Source: Anthoceros angustus
Taxonomy: Eukaryota > Plantae > Anthocerotophyta
DNA length: 64,000 bases
NCBI GenBank assembly: GCA_010909165.1
Contig: MU008161.1
Coordinates: 682,001 to 746,000 of the forward strand
Reading direction: 5' to 3'
Positions 32,147-45,300 of this stretch are shown here, piece by piece (the first letter of the stretch is position 1; each line of letters opens with the position of its first letter). A model generated the notes under the pieces. It searched no databases. It worked only from the letters and a program-made list of their open reading frames with translations, and had not been told where the DNA came from. The translations under genes and the position numbers were made by a program.

Positions 32147-33888
32147 CGCATTGGTAGTGTAAATTGTTAGGACAGGGCAATGAATGAAGGACTCGGTTGT
32201 GGAGACAAGGAAGGACTTGGAATGTAGAATTACTTTGAGGAATTAGAATATATTTATTTTTAAAATTTTATTTTAAAATATAATTAATATAAAAATAATC
32301 TATTATGGGTTCTGAATATGATAGACCATTTATCTTTCTACTTTGAGTGCAAAAGCTGCCTAGTTATGTTTCTACCTTTTCGATGAAGGCATGGATTTTG
32401 TTTTCTGGTTGCTAGTTGTTAGCCGTGGCCTTTGTTTTGTGATGAACTTTGAGGCACTTCGCTTCTTTCCTCTTGTTTCCAGCTTGTGATGGGATTGTCT
32501 TATTCAACAAAATAACTTAATCCATTTTGCTAAAAGCAACTTATCTTTTCTACCTTTCGATTCATTTCTCTTTGAAGTTTAGGATACCCATCGAGATGAA
32601 TAGGTTAGTGACTTATTTACAGCACCATTGTTTTAGCTCAAGGTTCTTGAACTCATATATGTGCCTTGTTCAGGGGTGGCAGACATCGTGATATCGTGTG
32701 GTTCATCCATCACACAAAAAACGCGATGTGAAGGGTTGTGAAGCTTCACAAGTGTAGATGTACTAGACTTAGTACTCACTAATCACCACAAATTGGGTAG
32801 AGAATCATTTTGGAAGGATAATAATAGCTCAATGTGTGTCAAGTACACAGCCTAAAGTACAAGGATTTGTGGAAGCTACTAGAAAAGTGCATTTAGATGA
32901 TATATGCATTGATAAAGAGTTTCCACATGTATTGAAGTAGAGAAGACTTTATGGGTACTTGGTTTGGAGAAAGTGCACAGTGTGCCCAAGTGACACTGTG
33001 CTTATTTTCTCCAATATAAAATCTTCTCCGATGACAATTGGACTGGACATTGTTACTAAGTGGTGTCGTTCATGAATGACTTGCACCATTTATTATTAGT
33101 ACCTCATGGGAATACCTGGTTGACATAATATCCACCTATACAAGCGTCCAAGACTTGCAGTAGCTTTGTACACAGCCTGCTGAATTTTGTAATGCAAAAC
33201 GATAGGGAAATAATTTATGTGAAAACATGTTAATCATTTGTTTCAAAGCTCCCAACTTTACCTCGAGATATTTTGGACCCTTTATTGGAAGCATAACCTG
33301 TTGGCAATTTTACGGACTCGTTTCTTTTAAAATCGATTGCAAGTTATCTCTTCATAGGACATATGGAGCGTTGATATTCCTTAGTACGTATCTGTTTTTC
33401 CATAACCATGGCTTCCCTCCGTGTTCTTCCATATTTAATCGAGCGCGAAGATTATGTTGTCAACGTAGGGTATACCATATGGACGCCGTTACTTGAAAGG
33501 AACTTTGAGGCAGTCCGCTCGGGGGCCCTGTCTCGGAGAGCTTTGGCTCGAAGCTTTGATGGCATTCCGCACGATGCAAGCATTGAAACTCGCCGCGCTC
33601 GCCCGATTGCCACGAGTTTTTCTTCGAGCTGGAAGATCGATGGAGGGCTGCCCGTCCCTCTGTCCTCCAAATTTAAACCAGCTAGCTTCTTCTTTGCAAT
33701 TGCTGTTGTTGTCCAGTGTCCATTTTGTAACCGCTTGACTATCTCACTGTTTTTGTGCAGGACAATTCAGGTACATCGGGTGGGGATTTGGAGCAATCAA
33801 ATGACTTGACGGATAACATCTCTCTCTTCTGTTGCAGAGTGTGAAATCAGTGAACACATGCCGCTGGTGAACAAGGTGTGAAATCAGT

Positions 33889-34236
33889 AAATGCAGCCTG
33901 GCGGCCTTGGTGCTGGTTTGCTTCGCGGCTGAAGACATGAATATCCAGTTCAGCAGCAGCGGCAGCGACGTTGAGGTGTTTTCGGCCAAGAGCAGCGACA
34001 ATGTGGTAGAGGGATTCGGCATTGGCAAGGTGTTCGACTACCCCGTGACCTCGAGGCCGAGCGCCTCGTCCACGGAGTTGGGCAGGGCCCAGGGCCTCTC
34101 CAACCGGGCCTCCAGCCAGCCGTCCATCACCGCCTTTCTGGAGGAGTACGTCGTCCTGTTCGTGGACGGCAGAGGCCAGTACACCGGCAACAAGTTTCCT
34201 GGAGGACGAGCCCGGTGCTCGACGGGTTGTATGTAA
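33889..34236 (+). pseudogene. Dirigent-like protein relic
   Basis: GFGIGKVFDYPVT...STELGRAQGL resembles the dirigent FG-x3-VFDDPLT...GRAQG motif. There is no ATG ahead of the signal-like SLAALVLVCFAA, and the C-terminal GGTG motif is absent. Confidence 0.6.
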
Positions 34237-34413
34237 CACGTATCGTAAGAGCCAGAACTGCACATTCGCATAATTGTCAGAGCCATCTCCCTAGCTCGCT
34301 TGCTGCCATATACGTACCTGCTAAAAAGGTAACCGCATGTAGGGATAACATCCACAACAGTGAGAATGTGTCCATTTTTGTCCTCCGGGAAGACGACGAA
34401 GAATCTATCAGAG

Positions 34414-36357
34414 CTATTGAGTTTGTGGCTTGGCATAACCAGTGCTCTGCGACCCCCGAGTCGGAATGCTGGTCTTATCCTTCGCCTCCGCTTCACTGCT
34501 TTGAGCTGCTGGAGGCTTGTAGTTTTTTATCTCCTCAGATACACCATTTGCTAGGGACTCGGCGTCATAATTCTTCCCATAAAACTTCACAAAGTCCATG
34601 TTTGGATCCATTAAGTACCTGCAAGGAAATACGAATATGTCTAGCCCTTGACAGCAATTCGCAAAACAGTTTTATCGAAAGCATAAAAAAGAGAGCGTAC
34701 ATGATGATGGAGTGATCCACCAGGTAGTCATTGCCGTCGTCTTCAGTCTTCATATAGTAGACTCGGTACTCCTTAGCAGCCTTTCTCACGTCATCCACAG
34801 ATCCAGTAAGGCCTATAAGTCTCGGGTGGAATTCTGTACCAATCCATTCAGAGCCCAACGGGTTAGAGCGGGTGCTACTGCTTCCAAAACGTCGAGATTC
34901 TGCACACCATCAATTGCATGCTCACCGTGCAGATACTCTCGCAGTTGTTGCACAGTGTCACGTTCTGGATCAACTGAAATGAAAACTGGAACAACTTGTA
35001 TACCCGTCTTCTTCTCTGCAAATTTGCACATAGGCATATCCATCAGAAGCCACTGTGAGCTGATGAACTGCAACTCAAGCTCACAGAACGCAGCCAAAGA
35101 CAGGTCGCGGGGATAAACCACCGTGGAACAGAAGCGATACCTATCTTGTCAATCGCATCAGCCATTTTGACAAGCTCATCTGGACAGATGTCTGGACAGT
35201 GAGTGAACCCAAAGTAAATGAGTGTCCAGTTTCCCTTGAAGTCGCGATCTGTGACAACCTTCCCCTCGTGATTTATGAGTTTGAAAGGACCTCCAATGGC
35301 TGCCTTACCCACTGATGGGCCCAGTTTAGCCTCAGGCGGGCTTTTAATTGCTGCAAAAGACGGACGCACAAAAGCTATCAACCAACGCTCGTCAAGATCT
35401 AGTCACACAGAGATTGCACACCTCTCAGCTTCATTACAGACATCCACGCCACACACTCATGCCCCTCTAGACAAGGCTTACTGTGCCTCCATGCACTGAT
35501 CGGACTATTCGAGCACACTATGTTGGAAAGAGTAGCTCCTGTAGCAGCCTTCAGCGACAAAAGCCTGATACTCTCGGCAACAGAAAGCCTGCAGATAGGA
35601 CCCCTTGCAGGTAGGAGCCTGGCAGTCTACCTTCTATGCGACGTTTCTTCTCCAGTTCAAAATAGAACAACAAGCCCACTCCTGTAATCACCAACAATCC
35701 CAAGCTTGCCCATGATACAGGCTGTTCAACACCCAACATGACAAGGTCAAAACAGTTGCCACAACCCTCCGAGAAGCACCAATTCAACGACTTGAGTGTC
35801 TCACATTCGGAAATCTCCCTAGCATGAATACCATGCACACTGTGAAGGAAAGCCTCTCACACTGCCTCTGATGTATCTTGCACTGGCAGGAGGGCCTTGA
35901 GGTTTCGTCATAGAGGTACGATCCCCTTTGACTGCTCCCGTAGCCTCTCTCGGTCTCGAATTAGTAATACTCCGGCGTAGACTTGGCAAAACGATCCATC
36001 TCTGAAAGACACAGCCCCATACAAACCTGTCACGTTTTCTGCAGGACGTGGCTCAACAAAGAAAAGACCAGGCTCTCAGCTTACACGAGCAGAAATTAAC
36101 TCGTCACTTCGAACACAATTTCGCAGATGCTCTCTGGGCCATGCATCTCGTCTCAAGTCCACAACATACGTCCTTCCGCTAAAGAATCTAGAGAGCCTCC
36201 CCGTGAGAAAACTTGATTCTGCACCACTGCTATTCTCCAATCCCCAGCACAAAATCCTCGATGCAGGAGAATCAAAGCTGCGGTGATAGGGGCTAGCAAA
36301 GCTCCGGAGGAAGGACCTCAGCTGCTTCGACGACCTCTGTGCTTGGCAACCTGCCAT
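34414..36357 (-). CDS. SCO1: Mitochondrial copper chaperone SCO1/HCC1, multi-exon
   Basis: GGPFKLIN, YFGFTHCPDICPDEL (CxxxC), FISVDPERD, DYLVDHSIIMY. Confidence 0.93.
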
Positions 36358-36620
36358 ATTGACCCCGCCACAGCCTAAGTATCTCCTTTCCTGCCGACCA
36401 TCTCCCAATCACTGCAGAGATCAAGCCACACTGAAGAAGAAATTGCTACGAGCGATGATTCCAGGAGCCTGAAGCGAGTAGGTTAGAAAGCCAGTAGAAC
36501 CCTAAACCCCGGAGATGATCGAGCAGAGCGGGGCGAACAGATTGTTGACTCGGGAGCGGTTGCCGGAGGCTGCCCCGTTGCGGCTTCCGTCCAGGAAGGA
36601 CCTACAGGCTGAAGATCGAG

Positions 36621-37529
36621 ATGGCGGCTGTGGAGGCGGTCGGAATGAATGTCTCCTGCAGCAGAGCCTGGTCTGCCCGTCCCTGCATGGCCGGGCCTTC
36701 TCCTTCTTGCTCCAGTGTGGCCATGGGCCGGAGAAGTAGGCTGGGAGGCGAGATGGTAGGTTTGGATGTGAGCGGCAGTAGGGGGAGCTTGCTGGTGGGG
36801 GGAGGGATGGGTCGAGTCTGGAAGGGGGTTCAGGCAGCTCCGGCTTCTGCAGGGAGTGGTAGGAAGGGAGTGGTGACCATGGTCATCCCTTTCCAACGAG
36901 GAGATGCAACCCAGCAACCACCTCCGGATTTGGCTTCCTATCTGTTCAAGAACCGGATAGTCTTTTTGGGGATGTCCCTGGTGCCGGCTGTGACCGAACT
37001 GATCATGGCGGAGCTGCTGTATCTGCAGTACGAGGACCCGGAGAAACCCATCTACATGTACATCAATTCCACGGGGACCACCAAGGATGGGGAGAAGCTT
37101 GGGTACGAGACAGAAGCGTTCGCAATCTACGACACAATGAGGTATGTGAAGCCCCCAATATTCACGCTGTGTGTGGGGAATGCGTGGGGGGAGGCTGCAA
37201 TGCTCCTGGCAGCCGGGTCCAAGGGTAACCGATCAGCCCTGCCGTCCGCCACCATTATGATCAAGCAGCCGATTGCCATGTTCCGTGGGCAAGCCACAGA
37301 CATTGACATAGCCCGGAAGGAGGTGAGGAACGTGAAGACAGAGCTGGTAGCCTTGTATGCAAGGCACACCGAGCATACTCCGGAGGAGATCGAGAGAGAC
37401 ATTGCAAGGCCAAAGTACTTCAGTCCACAGGAAGCTGTGGAGTATGGCATCATTGACAAAGTCCTGAATGCGGAGAAAGATAGCTCTCGTGGGATTGTGC
37501 AGGATCTAAAGCGAAAGCAGCTGCTATGA
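36621..37529 (+). CDS. CLPR4: Plastid Clp protease non-catalytic subunit R4, intronless
   Basis: QPPPDLASYLFKNRIV, YINSTGTTKDGEKLGYETEAFAIYD, GNAWGEAAMLL (catalytic Ser absent). Confidence 0.92.
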   Translation: MAAVEAVGMNVSCSRAWSARPCMAGPSPSCSSVAMGRRSRLGGEMVGLDVSGSRGSLLVGGGMGRVWKGVQAAPASAGSGRKGVVTMVIPFQRGDATQQPPPDLASYLFKNRIVFLGMSLVPAVTELIMAELLYLQYEDPEKPIYMYINSTGTTKDGEKLGYETEAFAIYDTMRYVKPPIFTLCVGNAWGEAAMLLAAGSKGNRSALPSATIMIKQPIAMFRGQATDIDIARKEVRNVKTELVALYARHTEHTPEEIERDIARPKYFSPQEAVEYGIIDKVLNAEKDSSRGIVQDLKRKQLL

Positions 37530-38853
37530 GCTAAGCATTATGGCAACCTACCTGTGGCAAACGTGATGCCATCCTCCATTGTTTGTAAAGAAGCACGCGG
37601 AGTGGCTTCTTTTTTGATGGGTAACTGTACAGCTTCCATCTCTCCTGGCTGCTGACTGGTAGCCGCAAGGTTGAGCTCAGACATTGGCAGTGTGCATCCA
37701 CAACTGCCCAGAAGTGAAGCTGAACATCCTACAAGGGAGATTCTTGGAGCACATGGGAGATTCTTGGAGCTCTGTAGTTGAACACTCCCCTGATGTCTCT
37801 CTCTGTCCTTTAGCTCATTCTTTCAAAAGCTTTGAAGTTATCGGAGGAGGAAAGACCTGTAACAATACGTTCTAAGAATTGTGAATTCTTTGTTGTCAAA
37901 GAGAGCAAGTAATGCCTGTAGGTCTTCGGTCATCCATTCCTGTTGTCTGTGTATTCAAAGCCTCTTTCCCACGAAAACTGGCTCTACCTGTCTCAGCCTA
38001 AGAGCAACAACAGAGTACCTCAGCCAGAGACGCTGATAACCCCGGAGCAGTGCTCCTTCCCCTTGTCCCACTTGACTAACAGCAGGCGATGTGATTTGAA
38101 TCGAGTATCGAAGTCAATTCTTTCGTGTAAAAGTGAATTCTGCTTTGGAGAAAGCACGGACGATCCACAAAGCAGCAAAGAAGACGTTGGAAGTCGCAAA
38201 TTGCATCATATGTATTGCACTGAAAAGCGTCTACGGATTGTCTGATCGTCTCTTCCCAACTGCTTAGTCAAGTAGTCAAACGGTCAATGCCATTTTCTAC
38301 ATCATTCTGTTTCTGCGGACGGTAGAAGCCGAGAACACAGTGACGAGCCTGGTGAGGAAGCAACACGTGCTGAGAGTTTGGGCTATTATAGGCAGGAGAG
38401 GCCTACATTTCGATCGTTGTCGGATTCTGGAGATGTGTAGTGTGTTTGTCCACTCCGAAAAGCGTGTCGATCTGTCGCGTGGTTTTGAAGCTCGTGCTCC
38501 CCCCTTTCCCATCCCCTTCCTTGCCGAGAAGCCTCTTGCACTGCACGGAACCCGCGGCTTCCTGCCTTCTCCTTGTCTTTGGGTTTGCTGCCCACTTCAC
38601 GCATTTGTTGGGCATAACTTGGTGGCACAGCCATGTGCTCCCCCAGGCCGGCATGCACCTCCAGGAGGCCACGGCAGGGCAATGGGTGCACTCCAGCTGA
38701 AAGGACTGTGGAGCTAGTACGATGGATGGCATGAATTACCGTGGCCTCAGTTGCCACAGCTCGTGGGAGTGTACGTGGGTGGAATCGTTACTATGATCTG
38801 ACAGGGTTAGCTGGGAGGATTGTACAGGAGGAGGGCAGTTGTGGGTTGTAGAT

Positions 38854-41800
38854 ATGACGGTGATTCTGGAATTGATGCCAATCGGGGCACTCCTGGCTGC
38901 GCTCACCACGCAGGTGCTGGAGACTGCCCTGGCAGCTCAGGATGTGTTAATTGAGAAGGAGAGCTTCACATGTCTGGCTAGGTACCTGCAGGACGTGCAG
39001 CCTTTGCTGGCGGAGGTGACTCGACGAAATATGCGAGACTCCAGTGCCACAAGGCGGGCCCTGGAGTCGTTGAAGGAGGATATCGTGAAGGCGAATGAGC
39101 TCATCGATGACTGCAAGACCAAGCCCCGGTTCTTTCTGCTGGTGAACTGCAGGAAGATTGTGAAGCAGCTGCAGGCAGTGACTCGCGACATTGGGCGGTC
39201 CTTGGGGATGCTGGGAGTTGCCATTGCCGAGGTGTCGGTAGACATCAGGGATAACGTGGTGAGACTGGAGAACGAGATGATGGCTGCTGAGTTTGAGACT
39301 TCGGCTTCTGGGAAGCAAGTGCTGGAGAAGCTGGATCTGGGTGTGCAACGGCACCAGACGGACCAGGGATTTGCCAATGACCTCATCCGGGAGATTGCCC
39401 TGGCTGTTGGTGTGCCCCTGAATGACTCGCACATTCGGAGAGAGCTTGCCAGCTTCAAGAGGGAGAAGGAGGAGGCCGCGGAGAGGAAGGAGCGGGAGGA
39501 GGAGAAGTTCATGGAGCAGGTTATTGCTCTGCTTATGAGGAGTGATGCTGCCAAGGAGCCGCACGATGCCAGGAACACGTGGCCGAAGGACATTGGAAGT
39601 AGCCGTGGGGACGACTACTTGCAATCTTTCATATGTCCGTTGAAGCAGGACGTTATGGAGGATCCCGTGTTTGTTGCTACTGGCCAGACGTATGAACGAG
39701 AGCAGATTGAGCGATGGTTCTCTGAAGGGCATACCAGGGATCCCTTGACTGGTCTGGAGCTGCCGAACTTCGAGCTGAGGCCAAATGGTCCGATCCGCAA
39801 ATCTATCGAGGAATGGCGAGAGCGCAACTTCTGGGCGAGCATCGACAAGGCAAAGCAGGTTCTGGAAAGAGGGGATGACTCGGAACAGGTGACGGCTCTA
39901 CAGGACCTTCAACAACTTTGTCAACATGACAGTAGAAACAGGGACAGGATCGCTACTAAGGGAGTACTCTCTGATATCGTCAGACTGAAGTCACACAACC
40001 GTGATGTCAAGACCGGTTGTTTGTCAGCCGTGTCGGCAATTGTGCACAACCACGATAGCAACAAAGTGAGCGGCTCATCCCAACAGTGATGCCTACTGTA
40101 CTAGTAGTCTCCAGTCAACCTCGTTTGACTGTTGAGACTGTTGAGTGCCGATGCTTAGTTGTCTATGGAGCTGCTGGGTGATCTCCGTTTCCGGTCTGCT
40201 TCGTAGCTTACACCATGCTGTCTCTGTGGGCAGGAAAAGCTAGCAGAAGCGGGTGGAGTGGGAATGATTGTGCGTTGGCTCTCTCGGGATGACGGCTTGT
40301 CAAGACGGGCGGTGAAGCTGTTGTTAGAGTTGCTGCAGTGCAAAGATGGAGTCAACCACAAAGTCGCAAGAAGGATTGGACAAGAAAAGGGTGCCATTCT
40401 CCTACTGGTAACTCTTGGGAGCAACACTGACAGCGAAGCTGTCAATGCTGCCAGGACAATCCTTGAGCAACTCTCCGATACCAATGAGAATGTTGTACAG
40501 ATGGCCCAAGCCAACTGGTACAAACCACTCGTGGACCGACTGAGACAAGGTTCACCTTTAAACTTGTGTTTTATGTTGACTTTGATATTTCACGCTTAAC
40601 ACATCTCCTCTCGGGCTTTATGCAAGAAGCGATTTAGACTTACAAGCCTGTGGTTCTCTGCAGGCTCGGATGAATCAAAGTTGGCCATGGCTAAGGCATT
40701 GTCTCACATGGAACTGACAGAGCAGGGTAAACGTAAATTGGGGGAGGAGGGTGTCTTTCCTACTTTGGCTGATATGCTGGCATCAAGTAAAAGCGAACTG
40801 AAAAAGGAAGCTCTGGGAGCTCTACGGAACCTGTCAACATGTACTCAGAACAAGGAGTATATTGCAGAAACAAAAGCTGCTTCCATGGTCTTGGATCAAT
40901 TGTACGCGAAGAAGTCACCATATATGATGGAGTTGGCAGCTGCGACCCTTGCCAATCTGTTTGCCAACGAGGGCACCCAATTCTTGCTAGATGCTGGGAT
41001 AGATCCTGGGCCAGTGACAGCGGAGCTGCTGGCCATACAGGAGAGCTCCTTGCCTGTACTACAGTTGCATGTGCTACGCGCGCTTCTGGGCCTGGTTTCA
41101 TCATCGTCCGGGAAGGAGGTTGTGCTGAGAAATGAAGGAATTCCACAACTGATGCAACATCTCGAGTCCAAAGACCCTCGAGTTCGAGATTGTGTAGTGC
41201 AGCTCATCTACTGTCTTTCAGATTCACAAGAAGCCGGTGCTGCAATTTTAACCCAAGTACAAAAGAGAAAGATGGGTGCTTCCATGGTCAAGTTCTTACA
41301 GGATGGGACCAACAGTACAGTGCAAGCAGCAGCAGCAGGGATCTTAGCTAGCTTTCCACCAGAGGAAGGTGAAACGTTAATACTTGCTCTGGAGTCTTTC
41401 GGGGCTGTGACTGCTATCGTGGCTATGCTACAAAATGGTGGGAAAGTCCAGGAAAATGCCCTGGCAGCACTGCTGCTCTTCTGTCAGCCATCCAATGTGA
41501 ACATGCAGAGAAAAGTGGTGAGTCTTGACACGATACCCCTCTTGATGGGTATTGTGCATTCTGGTAGGCCTGCTGCACGAGCTCGGGCTGCTCGGGCCCT
41601 AGGAAGACTGTCTCTAAGTACTAAGGAGCTGAGTGTCTCATCTGATACGAGAGTTTGTTGCTTCAAGCTAGCACGTCAAGCTGCCTGCAAGGTCCACCAA
41701 GGGAAGTGTGATGTCAAGTCCACTTTCTGCCTTGTGGAAGCAGGCGCTGTGCAAGGACTGGTCAACTTGTTTGCAGCAGAGTGCGGTGAGGCAGCTGAGG

Positions 41801-42117
41801 CTGGCTTGGAGGCCGTCCTTACTCTGGTGGGAGATGAACGAATCGTAGAAAAGGGTGTAAGGTTCCTGGATGAGTTTGCTGGGGCTATACAGTCTGTCGT
41901 GGAATTGCTCGCCCATGGGACCACTAAGTCAAAAGAACTGGCTATAGACCTTCTGGGTTGGATCTTCCTCTCTAGTACAATGCGAGATAAGTATGGCACC
42001 ACAGCCGAAATTCATCTCGCTGCTTTAGCTGGAGAGTCTGGACATTCCATAAAGAAGAAAGCTGCAGGAGTCTTAAAGACGCTGAATGCTATCCAGGAAC
42101 AATCAACATATTTTTGA
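38854..42117 (+). CDS. U-box/ARM E3 ligase, SAUL1/PUB43/44-like; exons 38854-40065, 40234-40549, 40664-42117
   Basis: UND-like N-terminus, U-box FICPLKQDVMEDPV, NVVQMAQANW, CKVHQGKC...FCLVEAGAV, ending STYF*. Confidence 0.9.
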
Positions 42118-42383
42118 ACTATCTTGCTCATCAGTAATAACCCTTGCGCTTCCTCTAGATAGCGACAGGAATTGTCGCTGCTGCCCTTTGCATTCGTAGC
42201 AGACTAGCCTGCGGATGGGACTCAAAATTTGTTCCAGATTCCTGAATATTGATCAGACGGAAAACATCCGCATGTTGAGATATGTCACATCTACGCAACG
42301 AGCGTAGAGCATAATGGTACTCCAATCATTTGCTCAACCCTCGCAAGGGCGATGAAATCCCGTGTCAAGAACTTATCGCGAAA

Positions 42384-45300
42384 TCAGAAATAGCTGGACT
42401 GAGGGTGCAGAACGTTCAAATGGGCCAAGGTTTGAGCAGCTAACGATCTTGTAACGTTGGATCCTTTTTGGGTAAGGTCTATGAGAGGCAGCTGGGCTGA
42501 TTGACCGTAGTTGTTGCGGAACCTATCAATGCGGAAAATCTTTTCCAATATTCCGACAGCTTTCTCCTTGGCCCCAATGCTTCCCCCCGTCAATATTCTC
42601 ACAATGTATATTACCGCGTTAGCATCCACAAGAGCTTGGACACCTCTTTCCAAGGATACCGGATTTCCTGAGAGGAGAGTACCGAGTGCAATAAGAGCTG
42701 CTTCATCTGCCCTGTCTGCCCTCTCCTCCAAGACCTGCGAAAGGGGACCAACAGCCTCAGCGGCCATCAGACAGAAAGAAGTTCTGACTGAGCAGTAACC
42801 ACCATGCACTTCACAACCTGGTTCCACAGGAGGTGCAAAACAGGAAAATCTTCGTTTGGTGGTCACTGGCATGCTTAATTTCCAAGAACTCTGTGAAAGC
42901 TGACCGAGAGCTGTTGCACATCTGTACTTAGCGAGAGAAGTTCCCACAGAAAGGAGCTGCACAAGGAGGGGAACCGCATCGGCTTCAGCAACTAGTTGCT
43001 GCAGCCGTGGCTCCGACGGCAACGTGAACCTAAGCAGTGCACCCACAGCATTTTCCAACAAGGAACTTCTGGTAGCCCTTGACGATGTCTTGGCAGTCTT
43101 TAGGGCTAGCAACTGCACAATAGCAGGTAGTCCTTCAGCCTCCACGAGCCACTCTGTGAGCAAACTGTCAGTCAAAGGAAGGTTACCAAGTATCCCCAGA
43201 GCAGCGGTCTTCTCCTCCTCCCGCTTTGAATGCTGGATGAGTCTTACCAATGCCTGGATATAAGGTTGACCCATTTGTTCACCTAATTCCTTCCCTGCTC
43301 CATCCCCTGATAGACAGCTCAGCAGCTGAACTGCATTAACCCGGACTTCCAGTTCATTCCCGTCACAGAAAGGTAGCAGAAGCTGTATTGCCCCTCCTTC
43401 CCTCATTTTCGCCCTGACCTCGATGGCACTTGGATGGCAGGACATGCCTCGAAGTGCTCGAAGTAAGTGGCATTGAATATCCGGTCCTGCCAAGTTCAAG
43501 AGAGACAACAACTGGTTGATTGTCTCATCGGACTCTAGGACATTCCCATAAGCATCGATTTGCGTTTGTGAGGCACTTGCTGAAGATAGATTGGCAAGAG
43601 TAGCTGCAGCTTGTTCCTTCAAGGTCATCACCACAGATGTCACAGAGAAAAGGAGCCGCAACAAGGGAGGTATTACCCCAGCACTTATCATTGTCTCCCT
43701 GTTTTCTGGAAGAGTGGACAAGTTCTGCAAAGCTCCAAGAGCTGCAGACTTTGCTTCGAGCTTCCCAGAGGAGATCATCTTCACAAGCGGAACAATGGCT
43801 CCTTCAGAAACCAACACAGCTTTACTTTGTTCTGTGAGCACCATTCTTGAGAGAGCACTAGCCATGAGAACCTTCGTCATGTCCGAACCTGCACCCCGAT
43901 GGATCAGCCAAAAAGCAAGTAATAACCCAGACAGGCATGCACTGTTATTTTTGTACTGCCTAACAATGCCACCTTAGAATATCTGACCTTCAGTTAGACG
44001 CAGCGCCAGGGGCCTAAAATGGTTCGCTTCCGCCATTTGTACAACGTTCTGGTCATTGTGTGAGAGTTTATCCAAAAGCTCCCTTGCATCCTCCACAGCA
44101 GGTGAATTCTCGCTGTTTAGCATTGTCACCAGTAATAGTATACATCCTTGCACTTTCCCAATCTGATCACACACTCGCTGATGTTTGGATAGCTCGAGCA
44201 ACAAACCGACTGCTTCTCTACCCTCTCCAACATCTCTTGCCAGAGATCGCACAGCGAGAGGCACTGCACCAGCATCTTCTATGGCTTCCTGCATCAACAG
44301 GAAGATCAGCGACATGACCCAGAGTGGAACAGAGACCAGTGAAGCTTCAAGTGCGCCATGACCTAACCCACAGTACCTTGTTTTCATTGTTATTCACAGC
44401 AAGGCTACGTAGTGCCGTCAAGGTAAGTTTCCTTATGTTCCGCTGAGTGGACCTGAGGTTGTTAACCAAAACAGGGATGAGGCCCTCAGCAGCAATCCAA
44501 TACCGATGCAGGCCCTTCTCCTCACTCAATCGATGAAGTTCGATCAGAGCGTTGACAACATCCTCCTCCTTCCGAGAACGCAGTTTAGGCCCCGTAGCTG
44601 AGATACTAATTGCCGTGTTACGCTCCCTCCATTCCTCAATTCCATGCCTCAAAGCCAAATTGGGTTTCATTTCCAGGGATTCCAGCTCTACATTTGTTGT
44701 GGGACAGACATTGTTGCCAGCAGCAAACCACTGCTCAATCGCACTCCGCTCAAAGGTCTGTCCAGACGCAACTTCAACGGGGTCTTCCATCACTTCGCGG
44801 GTGATGGGACAGTAGAAGGACTGCAAAGCAGGCACAGGCTGGACTCCAGGGAGTCTCCTACTCTCATACGTTAGCCTCTTCTCACTGGTTGTGGTGGTGA
44901 CGTCAGCTCTACCGAGAAGAGCAACAATCTGCTCCAGTTGCATGGCCTCAGCCAGCTTCTTACGATTCTGAGCATCTTCTTTCTCTTTCCTGAACTTCTG
45001 GAGCTCTTCCATGAGAGAATCCGGATTATCGTTCACACCAACAGCTTTTGCAATCAGCAAGAGCAGCTCGTTCGCATAGTCGCTGTTGGTCTGCCTGTCT
45101 CGAATGCCACTCTCAATTTTATCCACAATCTCCTCCTGAGCCACTGCTGCCTTGAACTGGGCTCGTCGCATATCAGCGGCCAGCCTCGCAGTCAGGTCTC
45201 GAACGGAAGCGGACACATCCAGCGTGGCCATCGGCAGCAGGGTTAGACACCTTCCCATCTCCTGCGTGATCTCCTGAATCTGCTTCACAATGGACCTGCA

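Noticed and set aside
37735-37770. GGGAGATTCTTGGAGC duplicated
   Set aside because: Isolated 16-bp slippage duplication in a 3' flank with no sign of function.
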